Of a stretch of DNA of 64,000 bases, positions 9,794-19,109 are shown one piece after another (the first letter of the stretch is position 1; each line of letters starts with the position of its first letter). Origin of the DNA: an uncultured Magnetococcales bacterium (GTDB lineage: Bacteria > Pseudomonadota > Alphaproteobacteria > UBA2136); NCBI GenBank assembly GCA_963974105.1, contig CAXBBG010000001.1:706793-770792 (forward strand). Reading direction: 5' to 3'. Both the position numbers and the translations under genes were made by a program. A model generated the notes under the pieces. That model ran no database searches. It saw only the letters and a list, made by a program, of their open reading frames with translations, and had not been told where the DNA came from.

Positions 9794-10438
9794 ATGAAAA
9801 TAACTCAAATAACACCCGATGGCGTTATTTTATCCACTTTAGCGACTGAAGCATTTCAGAAAATGCGTCAACTGGAAAATAAAAACGACCCCAATCGAAG
9901 AAGTGACTTGTATGGCCCTTATGAAGCTGTATGGCTTGAACGTACTGGAAAATTGCCACCTGAATATTTTGAAAAGGATGACCCCAATCCGTGGAAACTG
10001 CTTGCTGATGAAGCACGCCGTAACATTTTATGGCAAGCGCTTTCGGGTTGCTTGGACATTAATACGCAGTGGGCGCTTGTGTATATTCAGTTGGTTATGG
10101 ATAAAGCTTTGAATGATGATGATTTTGCAAAAGAACTTGCACAGGTGAATAAGCAGTTTTTGCATAGCTTAGATCACATGCATGCAGGGCACAACACACA
10201 GAATCATATGAAGCATCACATTGGTCACATTGACTGCCCCGGCTGCTCTGCAACGGCCGCATTATTGATGATTGATCCTCAAATTCGTGCCCGTTTTGAA
10301 AAAGAGCTTAAAAATTTAAGTAAACTTTCCCCAAGCGATCGTATGGATATTTTAAAGCAAGAAGGTTTAGATAAATATTTAAACAGCACCATACAAAATG
10401 AAAAAAACGGCAAAATTATTTTGCCTGATAGCGTGTAA
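9794..10438 (+). CDS. His-rich putative metal-binding protein
   Basis: Sits divergent from the Zur-like operon. Contains the cluster HMHAGHNTQNHMKHHIGHIDCPGC. No signal peptide. Confidence 0.55.
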   Translation: MKITQITPDGVILSTLATEAFQKMRQLENKNDPNRRSDLYGPYEAVWLERTGKLPPEYFEKDDPNPWKLLADEARRNILWQALSGCLDINTQWALVYIQLVMDKALNDDDFAKELAQVNKQFLHSLDHMHAGHNTQNHMKHHIGHIDCPGCSATAALLMIDPQIRARFEKELKNLSKLSPSDRMDILKQEGLDKYLNSTIQNEKNGKIILPDSV

Positions 10439-10450
10439 TATATTTAAGAA

Positions 10451-10476
10451 GCCCTCAAAAATGAGGGCTTTTTTTA
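10451..10476 (+). terminator. Rho-independent terminator
   Basis: GCCCTCA-AAAA-TGAGGGC hairpin followed by a T7 run. Confidence 0.6.
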
Positions 10477-10492
10477 TGACCTATGGACGAAT

Positions 10493-10507
10493 TGTTAAAT
10501 TTTAACA
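10493..10507. promoter_or_regulatory. Zur-box-like perfect palindrome upstream of the 10571 cluster
   Basis: TGTTAAATTTTAACA, 6-3-6, about 64 nt upstream of the ATG at 10571. It has the same architecture as the boxes at 9713-9750. Confidence 0.4.
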
Positions 10508-10570
10508 TTTACAAATGAATGCGACTTGTTTATATTTTTATTAAATTTAAAATGAAAAGGGTTATCTATT

Positions 10571-11536
10571 ATGCGTGTGGCATTTGTTGCAAAAGGTGGA
10601 AGTGGTAAAACAACGGTGTCATCTCTTTTTGTGCGCTATGCTTTAAGTCAAGGCAAGCAAGTTACAGCAATTGACGGTGATATGAACCAACACTTAAGCA
10701 CAGCATTAGGTTTAAATTTAGATGCTTTGAAAATAAAAGATTTAGGTAACAATGAAGCGCGTTTGCGTGAACTTTTAGGTTCTAATCATGCTTATATTGA
10801 AGATATTAAACAAATGATAGAGTCTACACCTGCAGGTGAAGGGTCTCACTTGTTTACAAGTAATAGCTCAAGCCCTGTTTGGGACGAATTTTCTTACAAG
10901 CAAGAAAACTTACGCTTTTTAACCGCAGGTGCCTTTAAAAATGAAAACATGGCTGAAACTTGTTACCACACATACACAGGCGCTGTAACGATGTTTCTAA
11001 ACCACTTTATTGATCGAAAAGATGAATTGGTTGTGGTGGATATGACGGCAGGTTCTGACCCCTATACATCTGGTATGTTTAGCCGTTTTGATGCTGTTGT
11101 TTTAGTGCTTGAGCCAACATTAAAGTCTATGGCTGTTTATGATCAATGTATGCAATATGGTAAAGACTACGACATTCCGCTTTACGTTGTGGCGAATAAA
11201 ATTGAAGACAATTCTGACCTTGAATTTATAAAAGAAAAAGTAGGGGGTGACCTCATTGCATATATGGTTTCTTCTACCTTTATCCGTCAGCAAGAGCGAG
11301 GTGTGTGGCAAGATATTGATTGCTTAGAAATAGAAAATTTAAAGGCATTACACATAGTGCTTGAAAAAGTGATGGCAACACCAAAAGATTGGGATAAGTA
11401 TCAAAAATTTGGTGAAAAATTCCACCAAATTAAAGCAGAAGGTTGGGGCAATGCAATATATGGTGGAGATCTTATGAAACAAGTTGACCCAAATTTCTCG
11501 TATGCAAAAATAGCTAAAAGTATGGAGGCTTTATAA
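10571..11536 (+). CDS. MinD/ParA-superfamily P-loop ATPase, CooC-like candidate metallochaperone or maturation ATPase
   Basis: Deviant Walker A (KGGSGKTT) at the N-terminus. A DMTAGSD motif resembles the CooC D-x-AG-E motif. Confidence 0.6.
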   Translation: MRVAFVAKGGSGKTTVSSLFVRYALSQGKQVTAIDGDMNQHLSTALGLNLDALKIKDLGNNEARLRELLGSNHAYIEDIKQMIESTPAGEGSHLFTSNSSSPVWDEFSYKQENLRFLTAGAFKNENMAETCYHTYTGAVTMFLNHFIDRKDELVVVDMTAGSDPYTSGMFSRFDAVVLVLEPTLKSMAVYDQCMQYGKDYDIPLYVVANKIEDNSDLEFIKEKVGGDLIAYMVSSTFIRQQERGVWQDIDCLEIENLKALHIVLEKVMATPKDWDKYQKFGEKFHQIKAEGWGNAIYGGDLMKQVDPNFSYAKIAKSMEAL

Positions 11537-13002
11537 TGCTAGCGCACTCGGCAGAAAAGTCTCATCACAATGTGCCTACTTTAACGGCCAAGCAAAGTTT
11601 ACTTGTGCAGTCTTTGTTGCAGCATAAAAATGAACTTTTGCAAGCTATCCAAGTTTTACCAGAAGGGCATGTGCATGTGGTGCTACCACAGCAAATGAAA
11701 CAAAATATCTCTTGGATGCGCCAAGTATTTGGTGCATATGATATTGAGCCGCGTATATTTGTTTCTCACAAACCCAGTAAATCAAACGTGCTCATTAAAC
11801 AAGCCCGTGCTGAAAATACAGGATTAGATGTATCATCTAAAAATGAACTTATTTCTGCGCTTAAAAATGGTTTTTCTGGTCAAAAAATTTGCTGCACAGG
11901 TAGTAAAAACGAAGAATACCTTTCACTTTCCATTCAACAGGGCTGTTTGCATAGTTTAGATTCAATTGAAGAATTGGAACGATATATTGACTTGTGCAAA
12001 CAAATTGCGCCACATGAGCAACACAAAATTCTTTTGCGCATTAACAGTGCTGATGCGCCTTATGGTGGAAAAATGTCTCGCTTTGGTATTCCTGTAAATA
12101 ATTTAGAAACCTGCTTTAATTTACTGAAAGAGAACTCTAATGTGTACTTAGAGGGTTTTCATATGCATTCAGGTGAAAGCTCGGGTGAAATGCGTGCTCA
12201 GGAAGTAACTTTAATACTGCATTATATGCAAAGGGCGCATGCTCTTGGTTTTACACCTCATACTGTGAATATAGGCGGCGGGTTTCCACGTACTTTTTAT
12301 GAATCAAAGAGCGAGACAGAAGCTTTTACAGACTCTTTGATTCAATCATTGTCTACGAAAAAAGATATAACTTGGCGTGGGTATAGTTATGGGTTGTCAC
12401 TGACAGACAAAGGTGCTGTAGTCGGCAGAGCGGGGTTGGAAAGTCTGTTTAAATGTGATGACTTTGAATGCACCTTAAGGCAAATGCTTGATGCTGATTC
12501 TATCAATGCGTCAGTGCATAAAGTTATGGGGGAGTGTGGTTTTGATTTTATGATAGAGCCCGGGGTAAATGCTTATGACGCTTGTGGTGTAACTCTTTTT
12601 AAAGTGGTTGAAGTTCAAGATAAAAATAATCAAACATTAACGGTTTTAGACGGCAATAAGTATAACGTACAATTTGACCAAATTGAATATATGGCCGACC
12701 CAGTTTTGATTTCGGAAGATGAAATTGACAAGAAAAATGAAAGTTTTTCAACCTATCTTGTGGGGAATTTGTGTGCAGAATTTGATGTTATGGTGAAGCG
12801 TAAAGTTGTTTTAAATGGCAAGCCTAAGGCAGGTGATTATTTATGTTTTATGAATACAGCAGGTTATACAGCAGACTTTAACGAAACGTCTGTACATCAA
12901 CACCCAATAGGTCAAAAAATTGTGGCATTAAAAAAAGAAAACGGCTGGAAGTTTATGAGCGAAGACCGTTTTAACCCTTATGATCTTATAGAAAGGTTGT
13001 GA
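11536..13002 (+). CDS. type III PLP-dependent decarboxylase (Orn/DAP/Arg decarboxylase family)
   Basis: TIM-barrel N-domain with a conserved Lys region. The C-terminal beta-domain carries GNLCAEFDVM…MNTAGYTADFN, comparable to the GPxCESxD…AGAY motifs of that family. Confidence 0.65.
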   Translation: MLAHSAEKSHHNVPTLTAKQSLLVQSLLQHKNELLQAIQVLPEGHVHVVLPQQMKQNISWMRQVFGAYDIEPRIFVSHKPSKSNVLIKQARAENTGLDVSSKNELISALKNGFSGQKICCTGSKNEEYLSLSIQQGCLHSLDSIEELERYIDLCKQIAPHEQHKILLRINSADAPYGGKMSRFGIPVNNLETCFNLLKENSNVYLEGFHMHSGESSGEMRAQEVTLILHYMQRAHALGFTPHTVNIGGGFPRTFYESKSETEAFTDSLIQSLSTKKDITWRGYSYGLSLTDKGAVVGRAGLESLFKCDDFECTLRQMLDADSINASVHKVMGECGFDFMIEPGVNAYDACGVTLFKVVEVQDKNNQTLTVLDGNKYNVQFDQIEYMADPVLISEDEIDKKNESFSTYLVGNLCAEFDVMVKRKVVLNGKPKAGDYLCFMNTAGYTADFNETSVHQHPIGQKIVALKKENGWKFMSEDRFNPYDLIERL

Positions 13003-13006
13003 AAAA

Positions 13007-14323
13007 ATGATTTATAATTCTGTTATAGATATGATTGGTCAAACACCTATGTTAAAAATTCCAGCTGAGGTTCATGGATTAAAAAATATTGACGTGTACG
13101 CTAAGCTTGAATATATGAACCCTTATGGGTCGGTAAAAGACCGTATAGCTTACGGTTTGATGAAAGACCATATAGAAGAAATGAAACTAACAGGCAAAAA
13201 ACCTGTGATTGTTTCCAATGCAAACACTGCAAAAGCTGTGAGTTGTTTAAGCCATTATGTTGGTTTACAGCCTTACATTGTGAGCAATAAAATGCCTTAT
13301 AAAGAAGTACGGAATCAGCTTAAATTTCTAGGTGCTGAAATAGAAGAGTTACCAGCTTTAACGCAGTGCCCCAACCCTTTTGACCCAAATGATATGATTC
13401 AATATGCAGAGCGCATGGTTTCACAAAACCCAGAAAAATTTCATTTAATAGATCAGTTTGGTGACCTAAATAACCCTCAAATTCATTTTGAAACGACAGG
13501 TAAAGAAATTTACGAGGACTTAGGCGATGTCGATTATTTTTTTGCTGTTCTTGGTACCTCGGGCACAACGTTAGGTGTCGGGAATTATCTACGTGAACAG
13601 AACCCAAATACCAAAGTATTTGGTGTCATTACTGAAACAGGTCATAGTGCACCAGGGGGAAGATCGAAGAGTGAAATGTGGGAAGTGGGTATTTTTAATC
13701 CAGCCCATTATGACGAAATTATAGCGGGTACCAACCAGCAAGCAACGTTGGGTATGCGCGAACTTAACATGAAATGTGGGGTTATGTGTGGGCCAACAGG
13801 TGGGCTTGGTTATCATCGTATGCTTGAAAAATTGCGTGAAATTGACCCATCACTTGAAGGTGAAAAACGTTCTAAGGCTGTGTTTATCGCCTGTGACCGT
13901 ATGGAGCCTTATATGGATTACGTACAAAAAGCTTGCCCCGAATTTTTTGAAGAAAAACCAATCGAAAAATTACGTGTACAAACGCTGTCCATGCTTAAAG
14001 TGCAATATGCACCAAGTATAGATGCTCAAGGTTTGATGGATATGCTAAAAAGCGATAAACAACCACTCATTATTGATACACGCGGTGCTTTTGCTTACTC
14101 GATTAGTCATATTGAAGGTTCCATTAACATTCAGGACACATTTTTAGAGCAAATGCTAGACAATGGTAAGCCATTCCCTGAAGATCAGGTGATTGTTTTT
14201 GCCTGTATGAGGGGAGATGTTTCTACACGTTTTGCTGCTTTTGCTAAAGAGCTTGGTTACGAAGCTTACTCTTTAAGTTGTGGCGTGGGTGCTTTTGTTC
14301 ATCTGTGTCAGACAAAAACATAG
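13007..14323 (+). CDS. fold-type II PLP enzyme (CysK/SbnA-like) fused to a C-terminal rhodanese domain
   Basis: A PLP-lysine motif SVKDRIA lies near the N-terminus. The C-terminal ~100 aa form a rhodanese fold with active-site Cys (IVFACMRGDVS). Confidence 0.7.
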   Translation: MIYNSVIDMIGQTPMLKIPAEVHGLKNIDVYAKLEYMNPYGSVKDRIAYGLMKDHIEEMKLTGKKPVIVSNANTAKAVSCLSHYVGLQPYIVSNKMPYKEVRNQLKFLGAEIEELPALTQCPNPFDPNDMIQYAERMVSQNPEKFHLIDQFGDLNNPQIHFETTGKEIYEDLGDVDYFFAVLGTSGTTLGVGNYLREQNPNTKVFGVITETGHSAPGGRSKSEMWEVGIFNPAHYDEIIAGTNQQATLGMRELNMKCGVMCGPTGGLGYHRMLEKLREIDPSLEGEKRSKAVFIACDRMEPYMDYVQKACPEFFEEKPIEKLRVQTLSMLKVQYAPSIDAQGLMDMLKSDKQPLIIDTRGAFAYSISHIEGSINIQDTFLEQMLDNGKPFPEDQVIVFACMRGDVSTRFAAFAKELGYEAYSLSCGVGAFVHLCQTKT

Positions 14324-14433
14324 TGACTTAAATTATTTTTTTCTTGTGGGATATAGTGCATTTTGATACTAGTTATTTACTAAATTTCTTTATTTAGAAA
14401 CCATCTTTATCTTTTTCTTTCGAGGAACTTCCT

Positions 14434-15459
14434 ATGTGCGAAAAACACACAACGGGTGTTGGCCCGTATGCAACTCAAATGGGGTTTGACCAAAGTGCGA
14501 TTGATGCTTTGAAAAAACCATTCTTTAACACAGCGGGCGCATGCGCCTATTTTGATCTCGGAACAATTCCTAAAGACATTGCCCGTTGGGTTATACAAAT
14601 TGAAGTCTCTAAATTTGCATGCTATGTGCAAAATGCTCAAGGTGAAAAATCACCTATTCAAATTGAAGAAAATGGTACATCTAAAACTATTCAGCTTGCT
14701 ATGCCTGAAAACGGTGTAGATGCATGGATACATGATACATTACGCGACTACTTACATCTGCAATATGCGCCGTTAGGTGTTATTGCACCTTATTTTAACT
14801 TCGGTTTTCGTTTGTTTAATGAAGACGATAAACGTCATGGTTCTGTGCAGGTATTTGCTTTTGCGCATGCTGAATTGGTGACGCAATACGGTACTAACAG
14901 TCAAGGTTATCCAAATGTCCCTTGGACAGAAAAAGGCGGGTGCTGTGTGAATAAAGGTGTGGAAAAGTTAATGCCGTTTATGCAAAGCTTATCGGCTGAT
15001 AAACTGCGCCAATTGCCACAAAAACTATCGGGATCTATCTTGTATCGTTTCATGCCTATGGACGAAAGTATTGTAAATATATCAGCGTCTGCAAAGGCTG
15101 AAAATTGCATTACGCATTTGATTAAAGACGATGGTTCAAAAGTTGAAATAACAATGAAAAATGATGACGATAAAGACATATCTATTTCTCTTATGCATCC
15201 CATGTCTTGTTATGTTCATCCGCATATTCGTCAAATGTTACAGGTGTCTGATAAACCTTCATCTGCGCTTTTTAGAGAAACGTACGTGTGGGGTTTTGTA
15301 AATCATGACACACTTAAAGGTATGGTTTTTATGTGCTTAGCGCCTGAAAGAAATATACAGCCGGCAGCAGGTGATATGGAAGAATATATCCCTGAACCGC
15401 TTTTAATAGCAACGAATGGGCAGTTAGCAAAAAAACGCTGCCCTGCTTGTAAAAGCTAA
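14434..15459 (+). CDS. Cys-rich hypothetical protein
   Basis: 341 aa with no motif I recognise. It contains GGCCVNKG and a C-terminal CPACKS. It is the last gene of the cluster. Confidence 0.5.
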   Translation: MCEKHTTGVGPYATQMGFDQSAIDALKKPFFNTAGACAYFDLGTIPKDIARWVIQIEVSKFACYVQNAQGEKSPIQIEENGTSKTIQLAMPENGVDAWIHDTLRDYLHLQYAPLGVIAPYFNFGFRLFNEDDKRHGSVQVFAFAHAELVTQYGTNSQGYPNVPWTEKGGCCVNKGVEKLMPFMQSLSADKLRQLPQKLSGSILYRFMPMDESIVNISASAKAENCITHLIKDDGSKVEITMKNDDDKDISISLMHPMSCYVHPHIRQMLQVSDKPSSALFRETYVWGFVNHDTLKGMVFMCLAPERNIQPAAGDMEEYIPEPLLIATNGQLAKKRCPACKS

Positions 15460-15470
15460 TAACGAAAAAA

Positions 15471-15495
15471 AACCTCCGTAAGGAGGTTTTTTTTG
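15471..15495 (+). terminator. Rho-independent terminator
   Basis: CCTCC-GTAA-GGAGG hairpin followed by a T8 run. Confidence 0.6.
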
Positions 15496-15612
15496 GATAA
15501 AAATGTGGGTGAATGACTGTACCACAAGCTTAGAGGAACGGCAGGTATTCAAGAGCGGTAAACGGTAGTAACTTTGCTGTATTGAATGCGGCCATGAAAT
15601 TATGCTAAGAAC

Positions 15613-17325
15613 TCATGAACTGTCCTTGTCTTCATACATATTCCCATCTGCGATTTTTAAAAGGTTTTTAGCTGTGGTGGCATCTGTTGGGTAGGTTGCT
15701 GTGCCAATGCTTACACCAATAGATATATCTGTGTCTACTGCACTTATTTTAAATGGTTTATCTATGGCTGTATTGATTTTATCTATGTATAGGTTAGCCT
15801 TTTCTTCGTCACACTTTATCAGCACAACAAATTCATCGCCGCCAATACGGGCAATAGTTGCTGTGTTAGGCAGCGTAGCTGTTAAGCGGTTTGCCACTTC
15901 TTTTAATATTTCATCACCTGCTTCATGACCGTAAGTATCATTCACAGGTTTGAACTTATCTAAATCAAGGAGAAATGTTGTGAATTTTGTTGCTTGTTTA
16001 CTTAATGATTTTATTTCTGCCATAAGTGAAGGCCTGTTATTTAAACCTGTTAAAGCATCACAGCTTGAAATATTACGTCTAAAACTTCTTGCCATTTCCT
16101 GTGAAGCATCCGCTGTTAGCGCTAAAGACCCTTTTGCTTCATAAAGTACAGTAATGGCATTTTTTGATATGCCAAGTAATTCTGATGCTTTTTCTTTGTC
16201 ATCTTCAGTATATTCTAACGTAGTTTGGATAATTTCATAATCATCCATAGCATTAGATACTTGCTGAATATTTGATTCTCCTCGCTTTACGGTGAGTGAT
16301 TTTTTAATAGTTTTTTTGAATGATTTAAAGTTTGTGATTTTTACGTTTTTTGTCAGCCTTAAATAAGCAGAATACCAAGCACCAGCTGCCATAATGAAAG
16401 TTAAGGCGAATAAGTAGATGCCTCTACTGCCATCGAATGTCATTTGGTTTGATTTGAATAATGGGTGGAAGGAAAGAAGCCACTCACAAGCAAGTGTTGT
16501 CAGGGGAATAATAGCAAGTACAGTTAGGACGTTTTCGGTCTTTATTTTATAGGTAGATGACCATTGGAAATAACGTGTAAACGGCGACAGGCATAGCCCA
16601 AAAATAAAGCCAGCCCAAATTGTTGGTGCATGTGTAAATTTTGATATTTCGGGTATGAATGAAAGTTGCTGCTTTAGTTCGGGTGTTAGCATATTCATTT
16701 TTATAAAACTTAAGCCAAGTGCAAGAATAAAGAATATCATGCTTGTAATAAAAGTTACAAAGCCAACGACACGTGCTCTGTCGCGTAAGTTCCCGGTTTG
16801 TTGGGCATTGACGGATTGCTTGTGTGTTTCTGAAAGCATAAAAACAACAGCCTGTAAAATGGCTGACAAAACACCTAAAATTAACACAGGCTTTAATGTT
16901 TCAATAGGCTGAAGGAATAAAACTCCTGTAAGTCCAACACACAAAGCAGCCACATTGAATAGGTCTGTTTTAACAGGTTTTCTGCTTAATAAAAGAAAGG
17001 CTAAAATAATAGAAACAGGTACAGCTATTCGGCTTAATACACTTAATTCTGTACCAGAAATATATTTAACGAGATAAATATCGACGGTGAATGTGCCCAC
17101 TAAAATGAAACCATAAAACCAAGTGGCAGGTGTTTTTAGAGTATCACTGACAAAGCGACCTGGGCCTGCAAAAATAGACAGTGTGAGCGCCGTCGCAATA
17201 AGATATGTGCAAGCAAATACGATAGGTTCAATATCAAACAATAAAGAGTTTACGCGAATGTAAACATTAAATAATGTTGTGATAACAACAATACCAAAGG
17301 CTTGAAGGACGCCAGTTAAGTACAT
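15613..17325 (-). CDS. membrane-anchored diguanylate cyclase (GGDEF), paralog 2
   Basis: Same architecture as 5752..7455, with colinear similarity along the whole length (ARIGGDEFVVLIKCD, DLDKFKPVNDTYGHEAGD). Confidence 0.85.
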   Translation of the reverse strand: MYLTGVLQAFGIVVITTLFNVYIRVNSLLFDIEPIVFACTYLIATALTLSIFAGPGRFVSDTLKTPATWFYGFILVGTFTVDIYLVKYISGTELSVLSRIAVPVSIILAFLLLSRKPVKTDLFNVAALCVGLTGVLFLQPIETLKPVLILGVLSAILQAVVFMLSETHKQSVNAQQTGNLRDRARVVGFVTFITSMIFFILALGLSFIKMNMLTPELKQQLSFIPEISKFTHAPTIWAGFIFGLCLSPFTRYFQWSSTYKIKTENVLTVLAIIPLTTLACEWLLSFHPLFKSNQMTFDGSRGIYLFALTFIMAAGAWYSAYLRLTKNVKITNFKSFKKTIKKSLTVKRGESNIQQVSNAMDDYEIIQTTLEYTEDDKEKASELLGISKNAITVLYEAKGSLALTADASQEMARSFRRNISSCDALTGLNNRPSLMAEIKSLSKQATKFTTFLLDLDKFKPVNDTYGHEAGDEILKEVANRLTATLPNTATIARIGGDEFVVLIKCDEEKANLYIDKINTAIDKPFKISAVDTDISIGVSIGTATYPTDATTAKNLLKIADGNMYEDKDSS

Positions 17326-17337
17326 GAATTTATCCCT

Positions 17338-17529
17338 TTATATATTCGATAGAATGATAAGTGTTGTTAAAACTGCGACCATAAAGGCAATAGATATAGC
17401 CCAAATGTAAATGTCACTTTGGCTTGCAGAGGAAATAATAAGCATATCCTCACGGCGTTCGTTTATAGGACGTCGGGTAGGTTTGTTTTTCCTACGCGCA
17501 GAGGTAGCTGTTTGTTTTGTTTTTGTCAT
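17338..17529 (-). CDS. small basic single-TM peptide, partner of DGC paralog 2
   Basis: Begins MTKTKQTATSARRKNKPTRRPINERREDMLIISS…, paralogous to 7455..7664. The 5' leader is also conserved between the two. Confidence 0.5.
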   Translation of the reverse strand: MTKTKQTATSARRKNKPTRRPINERREDMLIISSASQSDIYIWAISIAFMVAVLTTLIILSNI

Positions 17530-17675
17530 GATTTGCCCTGATTTTTATTCATCTATATAGTGTAGGTGTTTACAGAGCAGAATTCAATTGATGTTATAGA
17601 TTATTGTTTGATATTTATAGCTTATTACAGAGGCATGTCGCCTAAATTGCACTTTTATAGAAAAGGTTGTGTTTT

Positions 17676-17712
17676 ACGCATAAAAAAACAGCCTGAAGGC
17701 TGTTTTTAAAAA
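17676..17712. terminator. bidirectional hairpin terminator, repeated element copy 1
   Basis: AAAAAAACAGCC-TGAA-GGCTGTTTTT. It terminates the oprM-macB-macA operon. A near-identical copy lies at 41955-41992. Confidence 0.5.
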
Positions 17713-17734
17713 TTTCCTGCTGGATAAGCGTGCT

Positions 17735-19099
17735 CTAAATTTTCCAGCTTCCCCCCATGGCTTTAAAAAGGTCTACAGATGAGGTTAATTTAGAAAGGCG
17801 GGCTTCGGCATAGTTATCTTCTGCAGATAATAGAGATATTTGTGTGTCTAGCAGCGTTGAGAAATCGATTGAACCCGCATCATAAAGTTCTTTAGATAAA
17901 GTGTAAGCACGCAATGATTCTTCCATGGCTGTTTGTAAAAACTCTTCTCGTTCTTGTGCAGATTTGACAGCCGCTAACGCATTCTCTACATCTTGAAAGG
18001 CTGAGTAAACGATTCCTCTATAGTTTTCAATCAATTCTAATTCTTTTGCTGTTGCTTGATCTAATTTACCGTTAAGCTGCCCGCCATTAAAAATAGGTGC
18101 GGTAATATTAGCTGCCAATGTTAAAACATTAGTGCTTAGTGTAGAAAAACTTGCAGCCGAAAATATGTCATCTACTCCAAGGGATATGGAGGGATATAAT
18201 GCTGACCGAGCAACACCAACATTGGCGTTGGCCGCTTTTAAATTAGCTTCGGCAGCTTTAATGTCGGGCCTACGTTTAAGTAAGTCTGACGGTTGAACAA
18301 CAGGAATGTTAGGTATGTTAATGGCAGTTAATTCTTTTTTATGCACATTAAAACCCTGTGGAGCTTTGCCTAACAAAATAGCTAAAGCATTTTTAGTGTT
18401 AATCCTTAATTCGACAATTTTTGAACGGGCAGCTTGGGCGTTTGCTACCAATGTTTTTTGTTGTGCTAATTCTAAATAAGAATCGACACCTTCATCTACA
18501 CGTACCTGTATAATATTTAAAACGTCGAGGCGGCTTAATAAATTTTTATCAGCAATTTCAATCCTTTCATTTAAATTTAACAGTGTGAAATAGTTGTAAG
18601 CAACATCGCCCATAATAACCAATTTAAGCGCTTCTTGTGCGTAGACGCTCGAAAGTAAATTGGCTTGGGCAGCGTTTTTCACCTCTTTATTTCCACCAAA
18701 TAAATCCAATTCGTAAGAAGCGCTTAAACCCGCACTTAAACGTTCATTTGTAAAGCTATCACCGTTATTTGAATTTGTTGAGGCTTGAGATATACCTGCA
18801 TTTATATCTAATGTTGGCCATAAATTACCACCTGCTAGTTTTACAGCCGCGCGTGACTGTGCAACAACTTGCATACCAGCCGTTATATCGGTGTTTTTTA
18901 ACAATGCTTGCTCTATTAATTCATTCAGCGTTGTGTCACCAAAGGTTTCCCACCATGATTGATCAGCGTATGCACCATGCTCTACATTAGAACCTTCCCA
19001 CGTTTTTGGTGTTTCAAAAGATGGTTCTATATAATTTGTTGATAAACTACACGCACTAAGCGTTAAAAAAGTTAAGGTGTTTATTAATATTTTTTCCAT
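17735..19099 (-). CDS. outer-membrane efflux lipoprotein (NodT/OprM/TolC family)
   Basis: Lipoprotein signal (LTLSACS). Two-repeat TolC-like architecture. It is the last gene of the macAB operon. Confidence 0.85.
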   Translation of the reverse strand: MEKILINTLTFLTLSACSLSTNYIEPSFETPKTWEGSNVEHGAYADQSWWETFGDTTLNELIEQALLKNTDITAGMQVVAQSRAAVKLAGGNLWPTLDINAGISQASTNSNNGDSFTNERLSAGLSASYELDLFGGNKEVKNAAQANLLSSVYAQEALKLVIMGDVAYNYFTLLNLNERIEIADKNLLSRLDVLNIIQVRVDEGVDSYLELAQQKTLVANAQAARSKIVELRINTKNALAILLGKAPQGFNVHKKELTAINIPNIPVVQPSDLLKRRPDIKAAEANLKAANANVGVARSALYPSISLGVDDIFSAASFSTLSTNVLTLAANITAPIFNGGQLNGKLDQATAKELELIENYRGIVYSAFQDVENALAAVKSAQEREEFLQTAMEESLRAYTLSKELYDAGSIDFSTLLDTQISLLSAEDNYAEARLSKLTSSVDLFKAMGGSWKI

Positions 19100-19109
19100 A
19101 AAAATTTCC

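Noticed and set aside
11120-11311. 63-aa minus-strand ORF.
   Set aside because: Antisense within the CooC-like ATPase gene.
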